DNA from: Clostridia bacterium
GTDB taxonomy: Bacteria; Bacillota; Clostridia; Oscillospirales; CAG-272
Assembly: GCA_017472695.1 (NCBI GenBank)
Contig: JAFUOQ010000015.1
Coordinates: 388-64,387, forward strand
Length of the DNA stretch: 64,000 bases
Reading direction: 5' to 3'
The stretch's first letter is position 1. Each line of letters starts with the position of its first letter. The position numbers and the translations under genes are program-made. Positions 1-8,802 of the stretch are shown here, piece after piece. The notes under the pieces were generated by a model. It had not been told where the DNA came from and did no database searches. It saw only the letters and a program-made list of their open reading frames with translations.

Positions 1-37
1 AAACGCTATCCAAATTGCGGAAGAATTAATTAAATAA
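1..37 (+). CDS. 3' end of an unidentified CDS entering from upstream (frame 2 reads ...NAIQIAEELIK-stop)
   Basis: Open frame from the window edge to TAA at 35-37, followed by an intrinsic terminator; too short to identify. Confidence 0.3.
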   Translation, partial: NAIQIAEELIK

Positions 38-40
38 TAA

Positions 41-67
41 AAAAGAACAGACGCCTGTTCTTTTTTT
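41..67 (+). terminator. Rho-independent terminator
   Basis: GAACAG(45-50)/CTGTTC(55-60) stem, ACGC loop, A-run before and T7 run after. Confidence 0.7.
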
Positions 68-71
68 AAGC

Positions 72-100
72 AAAAAAAACCACGCAAAATTGCGTGGTTT
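72..100 (-). terminator. Rho-independent terminator of the small minus-strand gene
   Basis: CCACGCA(80-86)/TGCGTGG(91-97) stem with a 4-nt loop; on the minus strand it is followed by a U8 run (A72-79). Confidence 0.75.
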
Positions 101-113
101 AATTTGCCTTTTA

Positions 114-338
114 TTAGTTGTTTGTTGTACCGCTTAAGTTGTTGAAATCGATACCAACAGAAATGTCTTGTGAACCATCTGCATTTGTTTTTGTAGTGGT
201 GTTAGCTGTATCAACAGCGCCGATTGCACCTGAGAACAAAACATTAGCAATACCCAAGCTTGTTTCCATTATATCCATGATGTCTTCTGTTTCAAGCTTT
301 ACCATTTCGCAAATTGGGGAAACGTATTTCATCATCAT
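114..338 (-). CDS. Small hypothetical protein (72-74 aa): acidic leader-like N-terminus, Gly/Ala-rich hydrophobic core, Thr/Asn-rich tail, no signal peptide
   Basis: ORF has an AAGGAG RBS (341-346). Spacing favours the 2nd or 3rd ATG (335 or 332). It has its own consensus promoter and terminator. Confidence 0.6.
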   Translation of the reverse strand: MMMKYVSPICEMVKLETEDIMDIMETSLGIANVLFSGAIGAVDTANTTTKTNADGSQDISVGIDFNNLSGTTNN

Positions 339-379
339 ATCTCCTTAAAAAAGTATATTTATAACTATGAGTTGTATTC

Positions 380-408
380 ATTATATCAAAAGAATATACA
401 TTTGTCAA
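380..408 (-). promoter_or_regulatory. Consensus sigma-A type promoter for the small gene
   Basis: On the minus strand: TTGACA (403-408), 17-nt spacer, TATAAT (380-385). Confidence 0.6.
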
Positions 409-536
409 TACTTATTTAAAATTTTTTTCATTTTTTTAAAAAATTTTAAAGTATAATTTTGACTGTTGTCTTCTGACAGCTTTGTGGACATTTGCGAGGG
501 TAAAATCGGCGGTTTTTCGATTTTACCTCGCTATTA

Positions 537-1607
537 CTATCCTACGATACCGCTTCTTTCAACACCCTCTACAATACGTCTTTGTAGGAATACATATGCA
601 ACAATAAGAGGTAGCGCGATAAGAATTGAGGCTGTACCCAAAACCATTGCACTGTAAGCAGAGGAAATGTTTTGTGTCTCATTTTTAAGCATAGCAGCTA
701 TCGATTCTGGCGTAGCTGCGATATGCTTCATAAATACAAACGCAGAGTTTTCTCTTGCAAGGAATATTGATGTATAGAAATCATCTGTCCATTGCCATGA
801 AAATGCGAATATAAATACGGTAATGAGCATTGGTATTGAAATTGGAATAATTATGCTAAAGAATGTGCGAAGAGTGCTTGAACCATCAACAAATGCAGAC
901 TCCTCAAGCTCATCTGGTACACCCTTAAAGAACTGGCGTAGCATAAATATAAATAATCCATTTTTAAAGCCTAATCCAAATATTGAAAGAACATATAGCG
1001 GAATTAAGCTATCCGAGAAGCCATATCCGTTCTCAAACATACCGAACCAATCCTGAAGTGGCTTCAATATAAAGCTTATTGGATTGAGCGTTGTTTCAAA
1101 CATTGTGATTTGTCTAAAGAATGCATCCATAGAGTTCTTTAATGCTTCCTGTGGAACCATCAAGGTAAGAATAACAAATGCGAACACTATCGAGTTGCCC
1201 TTAAATTTGAACTTTGCAAGTCCATATGCAACTAATGCACAAACTAATGTCTGGATAAGCGCAACACTGAGTGATACTAAAAACGTAGTCAAGAACGCTT
1301 GAATATAATTGTTTTCACTAAGCACGAACCAATATTGATCAATTGTTGGATTCTTTGTTATTAGTATAACTGTAGCATCCTTAACGTCGCTTATTGACAT
1401 TATAGATGATAAAATCTTTTTGATGTACGGATAAAGTATTATGAATGTAATACCTATCAAAAGTACTGTTCTAAAAATTACAAATACTACCTTATATAAG
1501 AAGTTAGCAGATAAAAACTTTTGTTTTAATCTTTCCTTGAGAGGAGCTCTTTCAAAATCAACCTTGATTTTTTTCTTGGATTCTCTTTTTACTTTAACTG
1601 TATCCAT
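537..1607 (-). CDS. Carbohydrate-type ABC transporter permease (MalG-like), second pair
   Basis: Multi-TM protein with EAA loop ...DELEESAFVDGSSTLRTFFSIIIPISIPML... Confidence 0.85.
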   Translation of the reverse strand: MDTVKVKRESKKKIKVDFERAPLKERLKQKFLSANFLYKVVFVIFRTVLLIGITFIILYPYIKKILSSIMSISDVKDATVILITKNPTIDQYWFVLSENNYIQAFLTTFLVSLSVALIQTLVCALVAYGLAKFKFKGNSIVFAFVILTLMVPQEALKNSMDAFFRQITMFETTLNPISFILKPLQDWFGMFENGYGFSDSLIPLYVLSIFGLGFKNGLFIFMLRQFFKGVPDELEESAFVDGSSTLRTFFSIIIPISIPMLITVFIFAFSWQWTDDFYTSIFLARENSAFVFMKHIAATPESIAAMLKNETQNISSAYSAMVLGTASILIALPLIVAYVFLQRRIVEGVERSGIVG

Positions 1608-1619
1608 CTTGGCACCTCC

Positions 1620-2750
1620 TTAGTCTCTTCTTTGGTAGAATACTACCGTCTTCATTAGTAATGCGACAACTACTATAACCACAAGAACTAGAAGTATGTA
1701 TACCCAAATACCTGCACTGAAGTTACCCGGGTTAGCTGATCCAAACAAGCCACCATAACCTCCAAGACCTTGCATTACACGGTTGTCTGCGGCAGTAAAG
1801 AGGTCAACGACTGTATAAATAGCATTTACAAGAATCATTGGGCTTATCATTGGCAATGTAATCTTCCAGAAGGTCTCCCAAGCGGTAGCACCCTCCATTT
1901 GACAGGACTCATAAATCGATGGTGAAATCGATTGCAAGCCTGAAAGGAAAATAAGCATTTGTACACCTGAACGGCTAACAATTTTGAAAATGTTGTTAAT
2001 AAGAGACGTTACGACCTCGACCAGACTAAACTCACCTATCTTCAGATTGACATTGGATAGTAGCATTTCAACGTCAAGTGATGAAATGAGTCCTCCGTCG
2101 CTTGCTCCTGTGTTATCGTCAATAGCTCCGCTTTCTTCCATTGAGCCTGCATCAATTTGAGCATCGATAGCATCTATAATACCTGTTGAAAGAATAACTG
2201 GTAAGAAGAATACTGCACGGAAGAATGTACGTCCTGTCATTTTTTGGTTAAGAATAATCGCCATAAAGAGTGAGAATATTACGATTGCTGGAATCTGCAA
2301 TACTAGGTCACCCATAGCATCTAATACTGTTGTTGTAAAACGTCCATCGTCGAAGAATACTAATTTATAAGCATCAAAGCTGAGATAATCATAATTACCC
2401 TTTGAGCCACGGAATGAAACCTCAATCGATTTAATTACCATAGGTAAATAAATACCTATAATACCAAGAACAAATGGCATACAGAAGAGCCAACCAGAAA
2501 GTGCTTTTTTGCCAGTCAATGACAAGCCTTTTTTCTTGCTTACATATGGTGTGTAAGCTGGTCCTTCCGCTGTTTCTTTTGTTTTTACTTGTTCAGCAAC
2601 TACCGGTGCCTCCTCAAGTGGCTCTTGTGGTTGCTTAGCCACTGGCTTTGTCACCTTTTTAGGAGTTGCTAAATACACCTTTTGCGTGCTTGCGCCCGTG
2701 GTGGAAGAACCTAGTGTAACCTTGTTTTGTGTTTCATTTGCATTTTTCAT
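1620..2750 (-). CDS. Carbohydrate-type ABC transporter permease (MalF-like), second pair, with an ~85-aa low-complexity N-terminal tail
   Basis: EAA loop ...IYESCQMEGATAWETFWKITLPMISPMIL...; 6 predicted TM segments; K/P/E/T-rich N-terminus. Confidence 0.85.
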   Translation of the reverse strand: MKNANETQNKVTLGSSTTGASTQKVYLATPKKVTKPVAKQPQEPLEEAPVVAEQVKTKETAEGPAYTPYVSKKKGLSLTGKKALSGWLFCMPFVLGIIGIYLPMVIKSIEVSFRGSKGNYDYLSFDAYKLVFFDDGRFTTTVLDAMGDLVLQIPAIVIFSLFMAIILNQKMTGRTFFRAVFFLPVILSTGIIDAIDAQIDAGSMEESGAIDDNTGASDGGLISSLDVEMLLSNVNLKIGEFSLVEVVTSLINNIFKIVSRSGVQMLIFLSGLQSISPSIYESCQMEGATAWETFWKITLPMISPMILVNAIYTVVDLFTAADNRVMQGLGGYGGLFGSANPGNFSAGIWVYILLVLVVIVVVALLMKTVVFYQRRD

Positions 2751-5629
2751 TTAACACCAGCCTCCTTTACACTATATTCTTCAAATCCAAGAGCTGGGAC
2801 TACTATTGGTTCGCCCCCAAATTCAACAATTACATCTTGGCTGTTGTAGTTGAGGATAAAGCCCTCTCCACCCTCGTAAACAACGAGAACAACCAAAGAA
2901 TTATTTGTTTTTGTGCCATCAAGATAAGTTACTGCGCAATCTTCATCCTCATCGTTTAGGAATCTATGATCTTCAATATATTTGTCCTGCTTATCCTTCA
3001 TAGCGTTGTTATAAATTGTATAGTTTTCTACTATAGAATTCTTTAAGAAATCATAGCTTACTGAATAATATTTATTGTAATCAGAGTCAAATTTGAGCTC
3101 TTCAACATTTTGCTTTGCCAATGTGTAGTAAAGTGTAGCTCCGTTTTCAATAGCCTTTAAGAGCATATAGTCCTCGTCACCCTCCATATTGAGCGCATTT
3201 CCTGCGAACTCAACAGAGCCGTGGTAAACCATACCATAGAAAGGAACGCTTTCACTTGCTTTTATGTATTTACTACTATCAAGTGGAGCACTAAGTACGC
3301 CTGAAGCATATGGAACTGAATATGCATTTCCTGTGTCAACAATCAAATCAAATCTTTCTTCACCAAGCTTTGTAGCAAGCTTCATAAACTCAACAGTTTC
3401 ATCCTTTGAATCCTCTCTTGAGAAGTAGTTATCTACATCAAAGTCGGAGTTCAAATCAGAGCCGAGTGCTCTTGTTGCAAGTGTTTTTATTTTTGTACCC
3501 TCTATTGAATCAGTAAAGCTTTCAAAGAGTGTAATAAATGATGCGCTTGATACTGCAACACCACTTGTACGCTCAAAGGTTTGAGTTGCGGCATAATATA
3601 CACGCTTTGTTGTATATCTGTCGTCAAGTGTTTTTACTGCGTGCTTGCTATTTGAATAATCGCTAAACCACTTTGTCGCATATGAATATGAAAAATCAAC
3701 ATCAATTGCTACATCGTAATTGTTTTTGTCAGCATCGTCAAGCAAATCAGAAAGACCATCCTTGCCACCGAGAACCTTTTGCCACTTAATCTCTGTTGGA
3801 TAAGTGGAAGCAAGACCACCATTATAGAAGCCCTTCAAAATGAAGGAATTATTGTAAATTCCTGCTTTAGAAAGCTCCTCTTGCATTTCAATTATATCAC
3901 TGAAGGTTGTAAGCTCCTTATCTACAGTTACTGGGAATGAGAACATTTGCTCCTTTACCTTAATAGAACCAAACACCTCAAGGAAGAGCTTTGTATTCTC
4001 TTCAACATCTGTTATCTTTTTAAGTGAGCCGTTTTCAGTCAAATAATCTCTATATAGCTTTGCCATACCGACATAGCTTGTATCATATGTATTTTCAAAG
4101 CCATATTTATCGTCTGTCAAAAGCTTATAATAAATTCTATAATCGCCTTCATAGTAGTTATCTGTAACTACTGTAATTTTAGTAGAGGATGAAGCTCCTC
4201 CTGAAAATGCATCCGCAAGGTCATAGGTATCGTACTCTGCATAGTTAAATGAAGCATATGCAGAAATGTGATATCTTTCAGCGTTTGCAGTAATGGAAGC
4301 GAGTGCATCACCATCCTCAATAATTGCAAAGTATCCTTTATCGTATTCACCACTGGTGTTTACCATTCCGAATACAGGCATTGTATATGGTTCTGTATTT
4401 TTATTTGTGATTTGATAATAAGCATAGTCTGAGCCATATAGCGAGGATGTAAGCTTACCCGTTTGCTTTTTAGCAATCAAATCCTCAAATCTAACAATTG
4501 TTCCACTTCCATCAGGAATAAAGATGTAACCATTGTCGTATTGCTTATTTCCATTCTCATCTAGGTCGGAATCCAATGCGGCTGATGCAAAATAAGGAAG
4601 AATTGTAATATTTGCAAGACAGTAAAGTGATTTATCATACTCTACAGTGCTTGCGTCAAGATTAACTATAAGACCATCGTTTGCAAGCTTATAGTCAACT
4701 GTAAACTTGAAGTTAGGATATTCCTTTTCTACATAGTTTTCTCTGTCTTTTGCTTCGTCCCATAGCTCTTCGCTGTCTATCTCGAATTGAGTCTTTTCTC
4801 CTATTGGCTTTCCGTCTTCATCTTTTTCAGAAAGAACAAAGTATTCTGGATTAGCTGCAATCAATTTTGCTTCCAAAACCTCCATACTATAGCTTGATGC
4901 ATATATACCAGGCTTTAGGAAAATGAAAGGAGTTTCAAGACAAATTGGATGTTCATTTATCATTTCTTGACGAAGTGTCAAGCTAGGATTGCTCAAAAGC
5001 TTATTTTCAATATACACTTGGTCAGGGTCGTAGATGTTAAAGTTTTCCTTTACAAGCTTCTCTATCTGTGTGCTGGATTGTCCGCCCTCGCTCATTGCTT
5101 TATAGAAATCTTCAAGAGCAATCTTTAGAGGTACTGCGTAATCACGTCTTTCCTCACCGATAGAATAATCAACCCTTATTCCTTCACTTGTTTTGCTAAT
5201 CTTACCTTGGTTGTACGCAAAGCAATCATTATAGCTATACAATGTTGACATTGCATCCTTACCAGATGTGATTTTAAAGTAATTAACGTATACCTGTGAC
5301 AAACGATAGCCTTTATCTGCTGTATTTGTTGCAGGGAAAACGTCAGATACGTTATATGGGTTTGAGAGTGTTATTTCTCCTGTTACCTTGTTTTTAATTG
5401 CCATTTCACCCGATTTGTTGTCAACGTAGAGCTGGAGAATACCATCGCCCTCGCCCTCCTTATCGGGATCATCACTAGTCATAATATATGTCATTGTTGC
5501 TAGCTTTTCTTCGGCATTTGCAAAGGTGTCAGACATATGGTCAACGGTTGATGCTCCAACCGCCATAGGAACAAGTAATGCACCCACTAATAATACGGCA
5601 AGAAGAGCCGCTAATATTCTATTTTTCAT
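2747..5629 (-). CDS. Large secreted protein of unknown function (960 aa)
   Basis: Type I signal peptide MKNRILAALLAVLLVGALLVPMAVGA/S with no further TM segments. 4-nt overlap with the downstream permease. From memory it may correspond to the DUF5696 family (unverified). Confidence 0.75.
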   Translation of the reverse strand: MKNRILAALLAVLLVGALLVPMAVGASTVDHMSDTFANAEEKLATMTYIMTSDDPDKEGEGDGILQLYVDNKSGEMAIKNKVTGEITLSNPYNVSDVFPATNTADKGYRLSQVYVNYFKITSGKDAMSTLYSYNDCFAYNQGKISKTSEGIRVDYSIGEERRDYAVPLKIALEDFYKAMSEGGQSSTQIEKLVKENFNIYDPDQVYIENKLLSNPSLTLRQEMINEHPICLETPFIFLKPGIYASSYSMEVLEAKLIAANPEYFVLSEKDEDGKPIGEKTQFEIDSEELWDEAKDRENYVEKEYPNFKFTVDYKLANDGLIVNLDASTVEYDKSLYCLANITILPYFASAALDSDLDENGNKQYDNGYIFIPDGSGTIVRFEDLIAKKQTGKLTSSLYGSDYAYYQITNKNTEPYTMPVFGMVNTSGEYDKGYFAIIEDGDALASITANAERYHISAYASFNYAEYDTYDLADAFSGGASSSTKITVVTDNYYEGDYRIYYKLLTDDKYGFENTYDTSYVGMAKLYRDYLTENGSLKKITDVEENTKLFLEVFGSIKVKEQMFSFPVTVDKELTTFSDIIEMQEELSKAGIYNNSFILKGFYNGGLASTYPTEIKWQKVLGGKDGLSDLLDDADKNNYDVAIDVDFSYSYATKWFSDYSNSKHAVKTLDDRYTTKRVYYAATQTFERTSGVAVSSASFITLFESFTDSIEGTKIKTLATRALGSDLNSDFDVDNYFSREDSKDETVEFMKLATKLGEERFDLIVDTGNAYSVPYASGVLSAPLDSSKYIKASESVPFYGMVYHGSVEFAGNALNMEGDEDYMLLKAIENGATLYYTLAKQNVEELKFDSDYNKYYSVSYDFLKNSIVENYTIYNNAMKDKQDKYIEDHRFLNDEDEDCAVTYLDGTKTNNSLVVLVVYEGGEGFILNYNSQDVIVEFGGEPIVVPALGFEEYSVKEAGVK

Positions 5630-5640
5630 ATTTGGCCCTC

Positions 5641-7920
5641 CTACCTGTAGCTTAACTCACTCGTAATAGTTGATACAAATGAGGTCATCTTTGAAATAAG
5701 TGTAATAAATAGTACAACAATAAACATGATAATAACCATACCTGCTATTGTAGCTACTACTGTTACTATGTTTTTACCCATTGAATAATCGTGTGTAACC
5801 TGCATACCGATGATGATAAGGAATGCCATCCAAATGTATGCAACGGAAATGATAAGTGTAGGAATTTGTGATTCTGTTCCTACCAATACCTGTGTTAAAA
5901 GTGTAGATACTATCACAAGAATTGGAAGTGGGAATAATGCATATGCTGTTGCAATAAAGATATCCTTAAAGCTTCCCTCTCCATCGAAAAGTGTTGTGAA
6001 GCACCAGTTTGAAATTACCCAAAGGAAGAATGGAATGAGAACTGTTGCCGCTTGTGAAATTACTGTTGCGGTAGAGCCCTGTGGCTTGTAATAGTAGCCT
6101 TGACCTATACCCTGATAGTAGAAGGCAACTACTGTTATAATAAGGAAGATAATTGCTGCTCTCATTGAGCCACGCTTTTCCTTTTTCAAATCCCAATATC
6201 CATCAAATGGATGGAATATGATATGGAAGCCGTAGGTTAACTCCTCCTTGAGTGAGCGCTTGCCACCCTTGGTAGCCGCAGCCTTATTAACCTTACCTGC
6301 GTATCCGAACACCTTAACAACTACAAAGAGCAATACTATAATTCCAATAACCAGGAATATGAAGTATCTTTCCATAATATCTGCACGGATAGCCTTAAAT
6401 ACTGTTGCATAGTTCTCTGTATCGTATGCATTTTCAAAGTACGCAAGAGCTGTATCAAGATCGTCCCTGTCCTTTGCATTACGATAAATTGCCTTACCCA
6501 TTTCAACATACGCGGTGTCGAAGTTGTTATTTCTTGCTAATACATCCTCCCACGCACCTGTCGCTTTGTCAAATTCGCCATCGTTCTGATATCCAATAGC
6601 GGTTGCCAAAACCTGGGCATATTCTGTTTGTCTATATACTATTAATGAAGCGTTTGAACGGTCAAGAACTATAATCTTTGTTGTTTCCTTATCGACAACT
6701 GCTCCGGTTTTTTCATCCATAGCCTTTTGATTATAAATCTGATATGTAATTGCCTGACCAGCGCCATTATCTGCTTTGGTGACTTGACCAAATTGCTCAC
6801 CAACATCACCAAAGATGTATAGTAGGTTACCCAAACGGTCGTAGGTATAAATCTTCGCACGCTTGTTGTCAAGGATTGACCAAACGCCATCAGGACCACT
6901 TGTTACGTCGATTATCTTTGATACACCGCTTGGTGCTCCCTCATTTGCTGCGGTAACCTTTGCGTTAAGCTCAACCGCTACCTCGCCAGCTGGAGCAAAG
7001 AAGCCTGTACGTTGCATAATGTCTGTACCACCCGCGTTAAGAAGCTTAACTGGAGAGTAGTCTGTAACCTTGGATGTAAGCTGTGTCAACTGTGAGTTCT
7101 CATCATCAGCGTTGTACATAATAGTACCATAAACAAAGTCGCCATAGGTTCTATCAAGCTCAAGGTTTGAATAAGTTGTTGGCACGTTTGTAAACTCAAG
7201 TGTTGTCCATGGGTTTACAGTTTGAATAATTGCTTGAAGCGCTGAAACACTAACCTTTGGCGCACCAATAAAGTTAATAAATTCGCCTTCGTTTGTGAGA
7301 ACTATGATACCCTCTGTTGTTCCATCGGATACAACGTACATTCTACCATGCTTATCTACTACACAGCTGATAGGAGTGTATGCACCGGTATCTGATGAGA
7401 AGTTGATTTGAGGCTCCTTAAAGGTTTTCTCAAATACATATGCACCTTCTCCATAAACTTCTTCATTTATTGTGAATTTAATAATTCTCTTATTAAGCTT
7501 ATCACAAACATAAAGTCCTTTGTAATTGCCTTCACTTACTGTAAATGTGCTTGTAGGTGTATTAAAGGTATCCTCTACTCCATCACCATTTACAAAGTTT
7601 TGAATTACAGCTTTGAAATTGTAATTTGAGTCAACTACTACAATTCTGTTGTTGTTTGAGTCAGTAATATAAACATTACCGAAATCGTCTGCTTCTACGT
7701 CTGTTGGGTTATCCATTGCAACTCCGCCAAGATTATCTAGACCGATAGTTGCAGAGTTTACTGGCGCAACTCCGTCAGGCACGTATGCATCAGGAGATTT
7801 AAGAACCTCTCCATTAATTGAATATGTATATGTGTCATAAGGAGTAGCAGCCATTGCGCAAGGAGCAAGAAGCATTATAAAAGCAAACATGAATGCAGCT
7901 ATTTTTGCTATTTTCTTCAT
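5641..7920 (-). CDS. Fusion protein: signal peptide, NHL-like beta-propeller, helical/TPR-like region, TM anchor, C-terminal Yip1-type 5-TM domain (759 aa)
   Basis: NHL-like blades (DDFGNVYITDSNNNRIVVVD, GLYVCDKLNKRIIKF, DKHGRMYVVSDG, DGVWSILDNKRAKIYTYD). C-terminal HPFDGYWDLKKEKRGS followed by a hydrophobic multi-TM region typical of Yip1/DUF1282-like proteins. Confidence 0.7.
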   Translation of the reverse strand: MKKIAKIAAFMFAFIMLLAPCAMAATPYDTYTYSINGEVLKSPDAYVPDGVAPVNSATIGLDNLGGVAMDNPTDVEADDFGNVYITDSNNNRIVVVDSNYNFKAVIQNFVNGDGVEDTFNTPTSTFTVSEGNYKGLYVCDKLNKRIIKFTINEEVYGEGAYVFEKTFKEPQINFSSDTGAYTPISCVVDKHGRMYVVSDGTTEGIIVLTNEGEFINFIGAPKVSVSALQAIIQTVNPWTTLEFTNVPTTYSNLELDRTYGDFVYGTIMYNADDENSQLTQLTSKVTDYSPVKLLNAGGTDIMQRTGFFAPAGEVAVELNAKVTAANEGAPSGVSKIIDVTSGPDGVWSILDNKRAKIYTYDRLGNLLYIFGDVGEQFGQVTKADNGAGQAITYQIYNQKAMDEKTGAVVDKETTKIIVLDRSNASLIVYRQTEYAQVLATAIGYQNDGEFDKATGAWEDVLARNNNFDTAYVEMGKAIYRNAKDRDDLDTALAYFENAYDTENYATVFKAIRADIMERYFIFLVIGIIVLLFVVVKVFGYAGKVNKAAATKGGKRSLKEELTYGFHIIFHPFDGYWDLKKEKRGSMRAAIIFLIITVVAFYYQGIGQGYYYKPQGSTATVISQAATVLIPFFLWVISNWCFTTLFDGEGSFKDIFIATAYALFPLPILVIVSTLLTQVLVGTESQIPTLIISVAYIWMAFLIIIGMQVTHDYSMGKNIVTVVATIAGMVIIMFIVVLFITLISKMTSFVSTITSELSYR

Positions 7921-7928
7921 AATACCTC

Positions 7929-8801
7929 CTAATCCTTCATACCACTAGATGCCATTGTTTCAATAATGTTACTTTGTGAAATAACAAATACCAAAATTGG
8001 CACAAGCATCATAATTACCGAACCAGCAGCGGACGCACCTGCACGGGCGATACCACCAGCAGTAATTTGTCCAATTGCATAGTTGAGTGTCTTTAGCTGT
8101 TCACTATAAATGTAAGCCGAAGCACCTGTGTTCCAAAGTCCTTGGAACGAATAAATAATAAGTGTTAACCAAGCAGGCTTAACCATTGGCATAGCAATTA
8201 CCCAGAAGGTTCTAAACTCGCTACAGCCATCAAGACGCGCACTCTCAAGCACGGAATCTGAAATTGAGGAGTCCATAAACTGCTTCATTAGGTAAAGTCC
8301 CATAGATGACCCCCATGCAGGTATAATAAGTGCAAATGGGTTATCCATAAGTCCGAGTGTTGATAGTGTTAGGAAGTTCGCTATTGCTGTTACAGTTGAT
8401 GTAAACATAAGTGAACGTTGAATAATCCAGAACACGCCACGTCTGCCGGGGAAAGGAATTTTAGAAACTGCATAAGCTGCAAGTGAGCTAAATAGCAAGT
8501 TTCCAAAGGTACCTGCGGCTGTAATAAATACTGTGTTAAATATGTATCTTGAGAAAGGTACCCAAGAATCACTTAAAAGTGTAAATAAATCGGAAAAGTT
8601 CTTTAATGTTGGGTTTACAACATAGAATCTTGGAGGGAACATCCAAAGCTCGTCAAGAGGCTTCAACGATTGCATTACAACATATACCATTGGCAAGAAC
8701 ATAAATGCTCCCATAATAGCAAGGAAGATAAATATTCCTGCGTCTCCACCTTTAGAACGGTTGAGGACAACTTGATGATTTCTAACTCTCATTTTTTGCA
8801 T
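7929..8801 (-). CDS. Carbohydrate-type ABC transporter permease (MalG-like), first pair
   Basis: EAA loop ...VLESARLDGCSEFRTFWVIAMPMVKPAW.... Start moved to the ATG at 8801 (MQKMRV...), preceded by AAGGTGGG; the longer ORF to 8849 overlaps the upstream gene. Confidence 0.85.
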   Translation of the reverse strand: MQKMRVRNHQVVLNRSKGGDAGIFIFLAIMGAFMFLPMVYVVMQSLKPLDELWMFPPRFYVVNPTLKNFSDLFTLLSDSWVPFSRYIFNTVFITAAGTFGNLLFSSLAAYAVSKIPFPGRRGVFWIIQRSLMFTSTVTAIANFLTLSTLGLMDNPFALIIPAWGSSMGLYLMKQFMDSSISDSVLESARLDGCSEFRTFWVIAMPMVKPAWLTLIIYSFQGLWNTGASAYIYSEQLKTLNYAIGQITAGGIARAGASAAGSVIMMLVPILVFVISQSNIIETMASSGMKD

Positions 8802-8802
8802 A

